Shown: positions 46,997 through 57,306 of the stretch, piece after piece | Position numbering within the stretch: the first letter of the stretch is position 1 | Layout: each line of letters opens with the position of its first letter | Assembly: GCA_014360645.1 (NCBI GenBank) | Contig: JACIXD010000016.1 | Span: forward strand, 12,395-76,394 | From: Actinomycetota bacterium | GTDB lineage: Bacteria; Actinomycetota; Geothermincolia; Geothermincolales; RBG-13-55-18 | DNA: 64,000 bases | Direction of reading: 5' to 3' | The notes under the pieces: generated by a model | Databases searched by the model: none | Seen by the model: the letters and a program-made list of their open reading frames with translations, nothing else | Told to the model about the DNA's origin: nothing | Position numbers and translations under genes: made by a program

Positions 46997-47120
46997 CCCG
47001 CCGCCGCAAGCCGTGGAGCACTGATCTCGACGGGGCATCTTCCATAATATTCCTCCACCGCACGCGCATGAACCGGCTCCCGCGGTCCCGTACCCGAAAC
47101 CGAGGGCGGGCCCCAGAGCT

Positions 47121-48077
47121 TCATGCGTGGGGCGTACCGCACCGGCGGCAGAACCGCTCCTGCGCCGATGCCCGGGGATGGCCGCACCTGCGGCAGTAAA
47201 GGGGCGTGGGCGCGGCGCCGCTCGCCTGGCCGCCGGGGATGTCGCCACCGGCTTCTGTCCCCATACCCCCATCGCCGGTCTCCGGGGCGGTGCCCGCGGC
47301 CGCCGGGGGCATGGGCTCGCCCGCGCCGGCCTGCGCGGCGGGCGGAGCATGAGGCGTCAGGGAGGCGGGAGCCCTGAAGGGAGCGGCCCGGCGGGTGAGC
47401 AGGAAGAGCAGCAGGAGCAGGGACACCGCCATGAGCAGGGAGAAGACGAGGATCAACAGGGTCTTGTTGGCCGCCAGGAAGCCTTTCTCCGCCTTCGCCG
47501 GGGGCAACCTGTAGGTGAGGGTGCCGGAGCTCTCGTCGAAACGGGCTTCCCGCGCGCCCGCAGGCAGGTCGATCACCACCCTCTCCTCCAGCCCCATGGT
47601 CTCGAAGAGGGTCCACTCGTTGTTGAGGGTCCAGTACGCCTCCAGGACCACCTCGTCGTCGCTCTCCCTGTCGAGGGCGTAGCCCGCGTATCCGAAGACC
47701 GTCCAACCGTCCTTGAGGTTATAGGCCAGGCCCGGGGTGCGGAAGGAGATGGTCACCGTGGCCTTGCGGGCATCCACCTTCACCTCGAAGTCCTCCACCT
47801 CCCCCACTCCGCTGTCGGAACGGTAGCGGCGGGAGAGGAGGCCGGGGTTCTCTTCGAACAGGTAACCGTACTCGTCAAACCAGCCCCGGTCGTAGGTGAT
47901 CACGTCGGTGATGCGGGCGTCTCCCACCTCGTCTATCTCCATCCGGTATTCCTCCCGGAGGCTGAACTCTCCCTCTTTGCCCAGTTCCTGCGCCGCCGCC
48001 CCCGGGGCGTAGGGAATGAGCAACGCGCACAGGAGCGCGAGGGGGAAAAGCGCGCGCAGGACCCTGCTGCCTACCAT
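47121..48077 (-). CDS. Secreted/membrane-anchored protein with a C-terminal TM helix and a cytoplasmic Zn-ribbon (CRRCG…CRRCG)
   Basis: Signal peptide, a mid/C-terminal TM helix, and a cysteine pair at the C-terminus. It overlaps the upstream gene by 7 nt. Confidence 0.5.
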   Translation of the reverse strand: MVGSRVLRALFPLALLCALLIPYAPGAAAQELGKEGEFSLREEYRMEIDEVGDARITDVITYDRGWFDEYGYLFEENPGLLSRRYRSDSGVGEVEDFEVKVDARKATVTISFRTPGLAYNLKDGWTVFGYAGYALDRESDDEVVLEAYWTLNNEWTLFETMGLEERVVIDLPAGAREARFDESSGTLTYRLPPAKAEKGFLAANKTLLILVFSLLMAVSLLLLLFLLTRRAAPFRAPASLTPHAPPAAQAGAGEPMPPAAAGTAPETGDGGMGTEAGGDIPGGQASGAAPTPLYCRRCGHPRASAQERFCRRCGTPHA

Positions 48078-49186
48078 ATCGGCATCACCCCCCGGCGCCA
48101 GGCATCCTCGATGTCGATGAGTATGTAGCTGCCTCCCTCTATCGCTTCGGCGATCTCATCCGCGGCGATGGTCACGCATTCCTCGGCGGTCACCTCGGGG
48201 CTCGTCTCCCCCGGGAAATGGCTCAGGGCATAATCCCTGTCCACGAAGGTCGATTCGATGGCGAAGAGTTCCCCGCTGCCGGGCAGCTCGATTACCGGTA
48301 TGGCGTGGCCGGGGATCAGGGCCACGAAGGAGCGGATGCCTATGGCCTCCATGAGGGCGGCCATGCATATGGCCAGGTCCAGGCAGGTGCCGGAGGCGCG
48401 CTCCAGGGTCTCGTGGGGATACTGCACGTACTGAGCCGTGCGCGACGACCAGTAGCTCAGCGGCTCCTGGATATACCTGACCCCGAGCTGGCGCATGACC
48501 TCGAAACAGCGCAGGAAGGCGGTATAGACGTCCTCGTCGCTGGTATTGGTCTCCAGCCCGGATCCGACGGCGTTGGCGACGCTCTTCACCGTCTCCTGGT
48601 TGGGGGTGACGAAGGCGGCGATCATGGGGTAGTTGTCGAAGGCGTCGGAGAAGGTGATGATGTCCTCCTCGGCGAGGTCGGTGAACACGAAGTCGTTGCG
48701 GCCTAGGAGGTAGATCTTCTCCGTGTCCTCCACGGGCTTGTCCAGGCCTTCGTATTCGTAGCGCATGGTGAGCTCGGCCGGGGTCTTGGAGGTGATGCCC
48801 TTCATCTTCTCGTCGTCGAGGTTGGGCCAGCAGTAGTCCCTCACCGTCTGGCCGGGCAGGATCTCGGGATATATCTCCGTGGAGGTCCAGTCGCAGTAGC
48901 CCTCTATCCTGTAAGAGATGCGGAAGTCGCGCACCGGGGTATCGCCGACGTTTTTGATCAGGGCCTTCGCGGCCCAGAAGTTCTGGTTGTCGTCGCCGTA
49001 GATCTTGTAGGCGGCGGTGAGGAGCTCCTCCCGGACGTGCAGCCTGACGTCGAGCTTCGCCTCCCCGCTCTCCCCCTTTTCCCCGGCGGTGAGGGCGAGG
49101 ACCAGCCCGGCTGTGGAGCCCAGGAAGATAAGAGCGAGGAGGAGGGAGAGAATCGTTCTGGCGGGCTTGCTCATAGTGTATCCCAT
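48071..49186 (-). CDS. Secreted transglutaminase-like (papain-fold) protein
   Basis: Signal peptide, then the core motif GTCLDLAICMAALMEAIGIRSFVALIPGHAIP. Confidence 0.55.
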   Translation of the reverse strand: MGYTMSKPARTILSLLLALIFLGSTAGLVLALTAGEKGESGEAKLDVRLHVREELLTAAYKIYGDDNQNFWAAKALIKNVGDTPVRDFRISYRIEGYCDWTSTEIYPEILPGQTVRDYCWPNLDDEKMKGITSKTPAELTMRYEYEGLDKPVEDTEKIYLLGRNDFVFTDLAEEDIITFSDAFDNYPMIAAFVTPNQETVKSVANAVGSGLETNTSDEDVYTAFLRCFEVMRQLGVRYIQEPLSYWSSRTAQYVQYPHETLERASGTCLDLAICMAALMEAIGIRSFVALIPGHAIPVIELPGSGELFAIESTFVDRDYALSHFPGETSPEVTAEECVTIAADEIAEAIEGGSYILIDIEDAWRRGVMPIW

Positions 49187-49267
49187 TCCCGTGCTGCTAA
49201 CGCAGCGCTCTTGGCCAACATCCTTCGACCAGCATTATACCCCGGGCGTGTGATAAAATCTCACTCT

Positions 49268-50338
49268 ATGGAACTGAAAGGGTTGATTCTTTCCGGGGGA
49301 GAGGGGACGCGCCTGCGCCCCATCACCCATACCAGCGCCAAGCAGCTGGTGCCCGTGGCCAACAAGCCCATCCTCTTCTACGGCCTGGAGGCCTTGAGGG
49401 ACGCGGGCATAAGCGACATCGGCATCATCGTGGGGGATACCGAGGCGGAGATAAGGGCGGCGGTGGGCGACGGCTCGGCCTGGGGGGCGCGGGTGACCTA
49501 TATACGGCAGGAGGCGCCGCTGGGCCTGGCCCACGCCGTGCTCACGGCGGCGGATTTCCTCGCGGACACGCCCTTCGTCATGTACCTGGGCGACAACCTC
49601 ATCAAGGAGGGGATCACCGCCTTCGTGGAGGAGTTCCGGAGCAAGGAAGTGGAGGCCCTCATCCTCCTCGCCCATGTGGAGGAGCCCCAGCGCTTCGGGG
49701 TGGCCGAGCTGGAGGGTAGCAGGATCGTCAGGCTGGTGGAGAAGCCCAAGGAGCCCCCCAGCGACCTGGCCTTGGTGGGGGCCTACATGTTCCGCCCCTC
49801 CATCATCGAGGCCTCCCGCGCCATCAAGCCCTCCTGGCGCGGGGAGCTGGAGATAACCGACGCCATCCAGCACCTCATCGACGTGGGGATGCGGGTGGAG
49901 GCGCACGTCATCAACGGCTGGTGGAAGGATACCGGGCGCCTGGAGGACCTCCTGGAGGCCAACCGCATGGTCCTGGAGGGCATCGCCTCCCGCTGCGAGG
50001 GGAGCGTGGACGGTGAGTCCAGGGTGGACGGCCGGGTGGTCATCGAGGAGGGGGCGGAGATCGTGCGCAGCGTGCTCAGGGGCCCGGCGATGGTGGGCAG
50101 GGGCTCGCGGGTGGTGGACTCCTTCGTCGGCCCTTTCACGTCCATATATTACGGCGTGACCCTGGAAAGGAGCGAGATAGAGCACTCCATCGTGTTGGAG
50201 AACAGCCGCATCTCCGATATCCCGGGGCGCATCGAGGACAGCCTCATCGGCAAGAACGTGGAAATCTCCAGGTCCGGGGCGCGCCCCAGCTCCTTCCGCT
50301 TCATGCTGGGAGACAATTCCAGGGTGGGACTGGTCTGA
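49268..50338 (+). CDS. rfbA: Glucose-1-phosphate thymidylyltransferase, long form with a C-terminal left-handed β-helix
   Basis: N-terminal signature GLILSGGEGTRLRPITHTSAKQLVPV. An extended -10 (TGTGATAAAAT) lies upstream. Confidence 0.8.
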   Translation: MELKGLILSGGEGTRLRPITHTSAKQLVPVANKPILFYGLEALRDAGISDIGIIVGDTEAEIRAAVGDGSAWGARVTYIRQEAPLGLAHAVLTAADFLADTPFVMYLGDNLIKEGITAFVEEFRSKEVEALILLAHVEEPQRFGVAELEGSRIVRLVEKPKEPPSDLALVGAYMFRPSIIEASRAIKPSWRGELEITDAIQHLIDVGMRVEAHVINGWWKDTGRLEDLLEANRMVLEGIASRCEGSVDGESRVDGRVVIEEGAEIVRSVLRGPAMVGRGSRVVDSFVGPFTSIYYGVTLERSEIEHSIVLENSRISDIPGRIEDSLIGKNVEISRSGARPSSFRFMLGDNSRVGLV

Positions 50339-50498
50339 GCCGGGCGGGCCCGGTCGCGACGGGCCCGTGTGGGACGGAAGGACGCTCTCCAGCCCTTGCG
50401 GCCCGCGGGGGCATCCGTCGGCAGGGCCGTCGGAGGGCGGAGATGGAGACGGAGGTGGAAACCTGTGTGGGAGAAGCGTGGCATCCCGGGGAGGTCTC

Positions 50499-50933
50499 GT
50501 GATAGCGGGGGTTGAGATCAGGGAACTGGACACGGATCTGGATGCGGCGGGGGCGACCACGGCGGTATGGGCCGAGGGAGCCGCGCCCCGCCTCTCCTCC
50601 CTGGACGTGAGGCGCCTCTTCCCCGGGGTGGTGGAGGCCTGGACGCTGCGCGAGGAAGCGGCGGAGCGGGTGTTCTGTCTGCAGGGGATGATCAAGCTGG
50701 TGCTCTGCGACCGGCGCGAGGGGTCGCCGACCCGGGACGAGGTCATGGAGCTCTTCCTCGGGGAATACCGCCCCCGCGAGGTGCTCGTCCCCCCCGGCGT
50801 GCTCAGGGGATGGAAGGCGGTGGGAGGACGGGAAGCCATGGTGTGCCTGGCCCTGGAGGGCGGCGGCGGAGCCCGCACCTTGTCCCGGGAGGAGGCGCGG
50901 GTGCCCTACGACTGGGAGATCGTCATGCGCTAG
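50499..50933 (+). CDS. dTDP-sugar 3,5-epimerase-like cupin (RmlC-like)
   Basis: Cupin strands …LVLCDRREGSPT…VLVPPGVLRGWKAV. A GTG start with RBS GGGGAGG is proposed. Family assignment is tentative. Confidence 0.45.
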   Translation: MIAGVEIRELDTDLDAAGATTAVWAEGAAPRLSSLDVRRLFPGVVEAWTLREEAAERVFCLQGMIKLVLCDRREGSPTRDEVMELFLGEYRPREVLVPPGVLRGWKAVGGREAMVCLALEGGGGARTLSREEARVPYDWEIVMR

Positions 50934-50982
50934 TCCGCGCGGGGCGCAGGGCGCGGGGAAAAGAAGGGAAGCGAAAGAGGAT

Positions 50983-51981
50983 ATGCGCCTGCTCGTGACC
51001 GGAGGCTGCGGGTTCATCGGCAGCAACTTCATACGCCTGGTGCTTCGGGAGCACCCGGAGGACGAGGTGATCAACCTGGACAAGCTCACCTACGCCGGCA
51101 ACCCCATGAACCTGAAGGAGGTGGAAGGGGATTCCCGCTACTCCTTCCTCAAAGGCGACATCTGCGAGCCCTCCGACGTGGGGGCGGCCTTCTCGCGCGA
51201 GCCGGACGCGGTGGTGAATTTCGCCGCCGAGACGCACGTGGACCGCTCCATCATCTCGCCCGAGGATTTCGTGCGTACCGACGTCCTGGGGACCTTCCGC
51301 CTGCTGGAAAAGGCCAGGGAGAGCGGCGTCAGGATGCTGCAGGTGAGCACCGACGAGGTCTATGGGAGCATCGAGGAAGGATCCTTCCGCGAGGACAGCC
51401 CGCTTCAACCCAACAGCCCTTACGCGGCCTCCAAGGCGGGGGCCGACCTCCTGGTGCGCTCCTACGTGCGCACCTACGGCTTGGACGCGGTCATCGTGCG
51501 CAGCTCCAACAACTACGGGCCCTTCCAGTACCCGGAGAAGGTCATCCCGCTCTTCGTGACCAATATCCTGGAGGGAAGGAAAGTGCCCCTCTACGGGGAG
51601 GGGAGGAACGTGCGCGACTGGCTTTTCGTGGAGGACAACTGCCGCGCCATCGACCTGGTGTTGCGGAAGGGAGAGGCGGGAGGCATATACAATATCGGGG
51701 CTGGACAGGAGAGGACCAACCTGGAGCTGACCCTGGCTATCCTGGAGATCATGGGGGCGGGAGAGGAATGCATCGAGTACGTGGCCGACCGGCCGGGCCA
51801 CGACCTCCGCTACTCCGTGGACAGCTCCAGGGTGAGGGCGCTGGGGTGGAGCCCGCGCCGGGATCTCATAGAGGGGCTGCGGGAGACGGTGCAGTGGTAC
51901 CGCGATCACCGCGATTGGTGGGAGCCCATCAAGAGCGGCGATTTCCGGCGCTATTACTTGGAGAAGTACGGCGATATCTGA
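50983..51981 (+). CDS. rfbB: dTDP-glucose 4,6-dehydratase
   Basis: Rossmann motif GGCGFIGSNF. Catalytic motifs YAASKAG and …PGHDLRY. Confidence 0.9.
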   Translation: MRLLVTGGCGFIGSNFIRLVLREHPEDEVINLDKLTYAGNPMNLKEVEGDSRYSFLKGDICEPSDVGAAFSREPDAVVNFAAETHVDRSIISPEDFVRTDVLGTFRLLEKARESGVRMLQVSTDEVYGSIEEGSFREDSPLQPNSPYAASKAGADLLVRSYVRTYGLDAVIVRSSNNYGPFQYPEKVIPLFVTNILEGRKVPLYGEGRNVRDWLFVEDNCRAIDLVLRKGEAGGIYNIGAGQERTNLELTLAILEIMGAGEECIEYVADRPGHDLRYSVDSSRVRALGWSPRRDLIEGLRETVQWYRDHRDWWEPIKSGDFRRYYLEKYGDI

Positions 51982-52059
51982 GGTCGCGGCCTCGGTGATG
52001 AAGAGGGCACGGGAAACCACGGCCGCGCACGGAGTCCGAGAACGGGGAGTGGTGGACAG

Positions 52060-52746
52060 ATGAAGCTTTCCATCGTCATACCGGTGTTCAACGAGCGCAA
52101 CACCATCAAGGAGATCCTGCGCCGCGTGAGGCAGGTCGACCTCGGAGACCTAGAGCGGGAGATCGTCGTCGTGGACGACGGCTCAACCGACGGCACTCGG
52201 GACATCCTGGCCATGGAGGAGAACTCCATGACGCGGGTCATCTATCACCCCCAGAACCGCGGCAAGGGAGCGGCGGTGCGCACCGGCTTCGACGCCGCCA
52301 CCGGCGACCTCGTCCTCATCCAGGACGCGGACCTGGAGTACGACCCCGAGGACTACCCCAGGCTGCTGGAGCCGGTGCTCAAGGGGAAGGCGCAGGTGGT
52401 GTACGGGTCGCGCTTCACCGGACCCCGCAAGAACATGCTCTTCTGGCACTTCGTGGGCAACCGTTTCCTGGCCCTGGTGACCAACATCCTCTACAACACC
52501 ACCCTCTCGGACATGGAGACCTGTTACAAGCTCTTCACCCGCGAGGCCCTGGAGGGCATCGAGCTCAAGTCCGACCGGTTCGATATCGAGCCGGAGATCA
52601 CCGCCAAGATACTGAAGAAGAGGATAAGGATCTACGAGGTCCCCATCTCCTACACCGGGCGCGAGATGGAGGAGGGTAAGAAGATAAGCTGGCGAGACGG
52701 CATCCCCGCCCTCTGGGCCCTCATCAAGTACCGCTTCACCGACTGA
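52060..52746 (+). CDS. Family-2 glycosyltransferase (Dpm1/GtrB-like)
   Basis: Motifs IVIPVFNE, …VVDDGSTDGT and …DADLEYDPED. Confidence 0.85.
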   Translation: MKLSIVIPVFNERNTIKEILRRVRQVDLGDLEREIVVVDDGSTDGTRDILAMEENSMTRVIYHPQNRGKGAAVRTGFDAATGDLVLIQDADLEYDPEDYPRLLEPVLKGKAQVVYGSRFTGPRKNMLFWHFVGNRFLALVTNILYNTTLSDMETCYKLFTREALEGIELKSDRFDIEPEITAKILKKRIRIYEVPISYTGREMEEGKKISWRDGIPALWALIKYRFTD

Positions 52747-52922
52747 CGGCGCCGGCACCTGCGTCCCTGGGGGGAGGAGGCGACGGAGCCCGGGGACGCG
52801 CGTATCCGGCGCGCGAGGTGAGTGGGGGCATGCAGGGGGATGCCGCGACGGAGCCGGGCCTTGAAGCGGGGCAGCGGAACAAGGCGGCCCATCCGGCCAT
52901 GACGGCGTGAAGGAGGAAGGAT

Positions 52923-53393
52923 ATGGAAGAGTGCCGCGGAACGGAGCCGCGGAGCCCTTGGCCGCCCTGGGTCTCCTTCCTGACCACGGCGTCGGCTCTT
53001 CCGGCAGCGGCCCTGGGGACGGTCTCGCTCTGGCGGGGCGGGAGGGGCAAGCTCCTCCCCTGGGCGGGGGCCTGGGGCCTCTTGACCACCGTCTCCCGCC
53101 GCTATATATGCGCCCGCTGCCCCTATTACGGCGAGCACTGCTCGACCCTCTTCGGCAGGTTGACCCCCCTGATGTGGGAGCGCGACGAGCGGCTCCTCAC
53201 CACGCGCTCCTTCTACTGGGATATCGCCCTGGCGCCTATCCTCTTCGTCCTGCCCGCGCCGGACGCCTACCGCGTCTCCAAGCGCCTCTTCATCGCTTAC
53301 CTCGCCGCCTGGGCCCTTTTCCTGGGCACCTTGCACACCCTGGGTTGCCGGCGCTGTCCTCTCACCGTGTGTCCCTTCAATCCCTCCCGGTGA
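52923..53393 (+). CDS. Cysteine-rich membrane protein (hypothetical)
   Basis: Three or four predicted TM helices. Cysteine motifs CARCPYYGEHC and CRRCPLTVCPF. Confidence 0.4.
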   Translation: MEECRGTEPRSPWPPWVSFLTTASALPAAALGTVSLWRGGRGKLLPWAGAWGLLTTVSRRYICARCPYYGEHCSTLFGRLTPLMWERDERLLTTRSFYWDIALAPILFVLPAPDAYRVSKRLFIAYLAAWALFLGTLHTLGCRRCPLTVCPFNPSR

Positions 53394-53441
53394 TCGGAGG
53401 GATGACCGTATCCGGACGATACCCGGCTCGCGCCGCCAAGG

Positions 53442-53726
53442 TCACTTCAGGCTCTCGATGAAGGAGTCCACGTCGATGGCCGGCAGGGTCATGATGCGCA
53501 CCGTGCCGCGCGAGGAGAGCTGCACCGAGATCTTGGCGATGGTCTCGTTGTTGGGGGCCTCCACGATGTTGATGAAATCGTACTGACCCAGGATGACGTA
53601 CTGAGAGAGCACCTTTCCGCCCATGGCCTCGACGTCCTTGTTGACCTCCTTGATGCGGTCCGGATTCTTGGTCAAGGTGGCGCATCCCTCGTCGGTGAGG
53701 CTGCTGATGAGGATGTAGGTAGCCAT
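53442..53726 (-). CDS. GYD domain protein
   Basis: Translation MATYILISSLTDEGCATL…GQYDFINIVEAP. Confidence 0.7.
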   Translation of the reverse strand: MATYILISSLTDEGCATLTKNPDRIKEVNKDVEAMGGKVLSQYVILGQYDFINIVEAPNNETIAKISVQLSSRGTVRIMTLPAIDVDSFIESLK

Positions 53727-54004
53727 GCCGTTCTCCTTTCTCTCGCCCCGTTTCCGGGTGAAGACTACACCTGGACGATATAGAAATCTACCCCTCCGGG
53801 AGGGAACCTAAACTGGTGCTGGAGCCCCGCCGCAGGGATCCGCCGCTCGCGGCCTCCTCGCGGCGCCTCTCACCCCGTGCACGTGACCGCCGAGCCCGGC
53901 GGTTGATGGAAGACGATGGCAGGGGGGGTGGTATGGGTTATACTCGTCTCGAAGGGGGCGTCCAGGCCCCTCGCCCGGGATCGCGGTGAACTTGCGGGGA
54001 GGTG

Positions 54005-54877
54005 ATGGGCTTGACGGAGGAGAGCGGTGGTACGTCCGGTGTTTACAGGGTTGCGGTGGTCTACCACCCCGATTTCTCCACCCGGGGATATCCCGCCCTC
54101 AAGGGACGCGTGGCGCCCGCTTTCCAAGAGCTGGAGTCGCGCGGCCTGCTGGAGCTGGAGGGAGTGCGGGTCCTGGAGGCGGAGCCGGCCGACGAGGAGC
54201 TGGCCGCCGAGGTGCACAGCGATTCCCACCTCCGCGGGGTGAGGGCCAGCGGTCATTACGATATCGCACTGCTCTCGGCGGGGGCGGTGATCCGCGGGGC
54301 CCGCGAGGCGGGGGAGGGGAGAGCGCTGGCTTCCTTCTGCTTCACGGGGGCGGCTGGGCACCATGCCTCCCACGACGGATTCTGGGGGTTCTGCTTCCTC
54401 AACGACGTGGCCATGGCGGTTACACACCTGAGGGAGGACGCGGGCTTGCGGCGCTTCGCGATCATAGACATCGATCCCCATTACGGGGACGGGACCAGGG
54501 ACATCCTCGGGCCGGACCCCGAGGTGCTGCACGTGAACTTCCATTCGGGTCCCGGCATGGGAAGGAACGGAGGTCCCCACAACCTGGACATCGCCCTTCC
54601 CCATGACGCGGACGACCGCCGCTTCCTGGCGGGGGTGGAGGAGGCCTTGGAGGCCGTGCGGGGGTTCGAGCACGACCTCCTCTTCATCATCTTCGGGCAT
54701 GACGGCCACCGCGACGATTACGGCGCCTTCGAGCTGGGAGACGAGGCCTACGCCTCCTTCGCGCGCAGGGTGAAGGAGGTCTTCCCGGAGCGCGTGTGTT
54801 ACGTGCTCTCGGGCGGCGCGGACGCCCGGGTGGCGCGCCGTGCGGTGGGGGACGTGGTGGAGGTGCTGGCGCGGTGA
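54005..54877 (+). CDS. Histone-deacetylase-family protein (AcuC/HDAC-like; arginase/deacetylase fold)
   Basis: Metal-binding motifs …HHASHDGFWGFCFLND… and …DIDPHYGDGT. Confidence 0.8.
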   Translation: MGLTEESGGTSGVYRVAVVYHPDFSTRGYPALKGRVAPAFQELESRGLLELEGVRVLEAEPADEELAAEVHSDSHLRGVRASGHYDIALLSAGAVIRGAREAGEGRALASFCFTGAAGHHASHDGFWGFCFLNDVAMAVTHLREDAGLRRFAIIDIDPHYGDGTRDILGPDPEVLHVNFHSGPGMGRNGGPHNLDIALPHDADDRRFLAGVEEALEAVRGFEHDLLFIIFGHDGHRDDYGAFELGDEAYASFARRVKEVFPERVCYVLSGGADARVARRAVGDVVEVLAR

Positions 54878-56832
54878 ACGCCGGGCGCTCGCCGCGGAGG
54901 GGACGAAAGAGGGACAAGGCCGCATCGCTCCTCCTGGTCGCCGCCCTGTCCCTTGCCGCCGTCCTCTGTCCCGGAGGTATGCCTGCCGGGGAGAGGGCGG
55001 CCGCCTCTTCCTCTCCCCGCGCCGTGCTCACCTTCGACGACGGCTACGGGTTCGACCACCGCATCCTCGACTTCCTGTCCTCGCGGGGCATCGCCGCCTC
55101 CGCCTTCGTCATCGGCTCCTGGGCGCAGCGGAACCCCGAGCTGCTCAAGGAGATGAACGCTCTGGGGTGGGACATCTGCAACCACACCCAGAACCACCCC
55201 TGGCTCACCAGGCTCACCGACGACCGGATACGGGCGGAGCTCAACGCCTGCCAGGCGGCGATCGCCTCCATCACCGGACAGAACCTCCCCGTCTTCCGCC
55301 CCCCCGGGGGCTTCATCGACGCCAGGGTCACCGCCGCGGCGGCCTCGGTGGGCCTCTCCCCGGTGATGTGGGACTTCGACAGCATGGACGCCCTCAACAC
55401 CTCCCTCTCGGTGCAGGAGCGCGTCAACCGTATGGTGGCCTCGGCCCGGGACGGCAGCATCATCCTCTTCCATTTCGGGGGACGCGGCACCATCGACCTG
55501 GTCACCGGAGTGGTCGAAGGCCTGCGCCGCAGGGGCTTTACCTTCGTGACCCTGAGCGAGCTATATGGATGGAAGAAGATGGTGCGGGGCGGAGAGGCCG
55601 GTCCCGGGGCCAGGGAGCCGGCCTTGCGCCAGGTCTTCGCCGAGGGCACCACGCGAGAGGGCTTCGAGGAATGGCTGCTGGTCTTCAACCCCAACCCCGA
55701 CCCGGCCGCCCTGCATGCCAGCTATTATGCCGGGGAGGAGTGGGTTCGGAAAGAGTACGAGGTACCGGCGCGGGGCCGCCTCTCGGTCGCCGTGAACCGG
55801 GAGGTGCCCTGGAGAGGGGACGTGGCGGCGGTGCTGGAGGCCTCTCTCCCCGTGGTCGCGGAGCGGAGCATCTATTTCAACCGCGGGGGCGGTTGCGGGG
55901 GCGGCACCACCGCCCTGGGGGTGGCGGAGGGCGCCACTGTCCACTATCTCCCCGAGGGCACGGTGAGGCTTGGATTCGAGGCCCACCTTGCCCTCTTCAA
56001 CCCGGGAGCGAGGACGGCGGCGGTGAGGGTGGCGCTGCACGGCGCGGCAGGAGAGGCCTGGTCCGGCGAGCTGGAGTTGAGACCGCTCATGCGCCTCACC
56101 CTGCGCCTCAACGACCTCGTGCCGGAGGGCGATTATTCCGCCACCGTGCACGCCACCGAGAAAGTGGCCGTGGAGCGCTCCCAGTATTTCGTCTACGACG
56201 GTTTCTGCCCGGGGGCGAGTTGTTCCCCGGGGATGACGGAGCCGGCCACGAAGCTCTGTTTCGCCGAGGGCACCACCCGCGAGCGGTGCGATTCCTACCT
56301 GGCCCTCTTCAACCCCTGCGCCTACGCTACGTGCCTGGTGCTGAGGATGCATGTGTCGGACGGCAGCGTGAGAGAGGAGAGGATGTGCCTGGGGGCGGGG
56401 GAGCGAAAGACGCTGCGCCTCGACCGCTATCTGCCGCCCGGCTGCGACTACTCCCTGGAGGTCCTTAGCCTCCTGCCAGTGGCCGCGGAACGCGCGGCCT
56501 ACTTCCAAGACCACAACCTCGCGGGAGGGTTCTGCGACGTGGGGGTGGCGGACCCCTCGCGGCGGTGGATCTTCGCGGAGGGAAGCACGGGGCCGGGGTT
56601 CAGGCAGTGGCTTATCCTCTTCAACCCCAACCCTCGAGAGCTGGCGGCTTCGGTCACCTATCTCTGCAGCGGGGAGGAGCTGGCGCGCGAGTACCCGCTG
56701 CCGCCGGGAGGGAGGGTCACGGTGGACGTGGGGGCGGAGGTCGGGGAACGTCCCGAGGTGGCCATGGAGGTCTCCTGCGAGGAGGGGATAGCGGCGGAGC
56801 GCGCCCTGTATTTCGACCGCATGATGCCTTGA
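54874..56832 (+). CDS. Secreted polysaccharide deacetylase (CE4 NodB domain) with four FAEG-type repeat domains
   Basis: The GTG start overlaps the upstream TGA (GTGA). The signal peptide has an R/K-rich n-region. NodB motifs TFDDGY, …HTQNHP… and …FRPPGG. Repeats begin VFAEGTTREGF…, HYLPEGTVRLGF…, LCFAEGTTRERC… and WIFAEGSTGPGF…. Confidence 0.75.
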   Translation: MNAGRSPRRGRKRDKAASLLLVAALSLAAVLCPGGMPAGERAAASSSPRAVLTFDDGYGFDHRILDFLSSRGIAASAFVIGSWAQRNPELLKEMNALGWDICNHTQNHPWLTRLTDDRIRAELNACQAAIASITGQNLPVFRPPGGFIDARVTAAAASVGLSPVMWDFDSMDALNTSLSVQERVNRMVASARDGSIILFHFGGRGTIDLVTGVVEGLRRRGFTFVTLSELYGWKKMVRGGEAGPGAREPALRQVFAEGTTREGFEEWLLVFNPNPDPAALHASYYAGEEWVRKEYEVPARGRLSVAVNREVPWRGDVAAVLEASLPVVAERSIYFNRGGGCGGGTTALGVAEGATVHYLPEGTVRLGFEAHLALFNPGARTAAVRVALHGAAGEAWSGELELRPLMRLTLRLNDLVPEGDYSATVHATEKVAVERSQYFVYDGFCPGASCSPGMTEPATKLCFAEGTTRERCDSYLALFNPCAYATCLVLRMHVSDGSVREERMCLGAGERKTLRLDRYLPPGCDYSLEVLSLLPVAAERAAYFQDHNLAGGFCDVGVADPSRRWIFAEGSTGPGFRQWLILFNPNPRELAASVTYLCSGEELAREYPLPPGGRVTVDVGAEVGERPEVAMEVSCEEGIAAERALYFDRMMP

Positions 56833-56914
56833 GCGCCCGGCGGGCGTAGAAATGCGAGCACGTTCGGGTATAATGTATGGGACGACAGGATCGACCAAGA
56901 AGGAGGTTGCATCG

Positions 56915-57145
56915 ATGGCGAACGAGAAGGACGAACTTCTGCAAAAGGAGATAGCGGGCTACGAGGAGGAGCTCAAGGTCCTGGCGGGGAAACTCCAGGA
57001 GCTGGCGGGCGTGGACTGCTCCTTCGGGGCCTGCGTCTTCGATCCCGAGATGCAGGACGTGGAGTCCAAGCTGGCGGAGATCGAGAAGAGGAAGAAGGTC
57101 CTCGCCGAGGTGATGGAATCCCTCAAGCAGTGCGGCATCGAGTAG
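56915..57145 (+). CDS. Small hypothetical coiled-coil protein with CxxxC
   Basis: RBS GGAGG precedes the ATG. Translation MANEKDELLQKEIAGYEEELK…CSFGAC…. Confidence 0.45.
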   Translation: MANEKDELLQKEIAGYEEELKVLAGKLQELAGVDCSFGACVFDPEMQDVESKLAEIEKRKKVLAEVMESLKQCGIE

Positions 57146-57195
57146 GAACCAGCCGCGGCCGGCTCCGTCTTTGACGGCCGGGAGCAAGGAAATAA

Positions 57196-57226
57196 GAAGG
57201 CTTCCCCTGGAAGCCTTTTCCTTTTT
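57196..57226 (+). terminator. Rho-independent terminator (AAGGCTTCC-CCT-GGAAGCCTT, then TTCCTTTTTG)
   Basis: Perfect 9-bp stem with a 3-nt loop and a T-run. It lies between convergent genes and may act in both directions. Confidence 0.6.
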
Positions 57227-57306
57227 GCGACGTTTACCCTCGCCCGCGTCACCCGCGGTGGGGGGCACGGGCGCCTCATTCCTCCGAGCGCAAACGGCGA
57301 CCGTAC

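Noticed and set aside
45710-47350. 546-aa minus-strand ORF
   Set aside because: Antisense to the well-supported RNase D gene, with low-complexity Arg/Pro/Gly-rich translation typical of shadow ORFs in high-GC DNA. The same reasoning applies to 36745..38448(-), 58255..59286(-), the upstream part of 59144..60085(-), 43649..44908(+) and similar ORFs.
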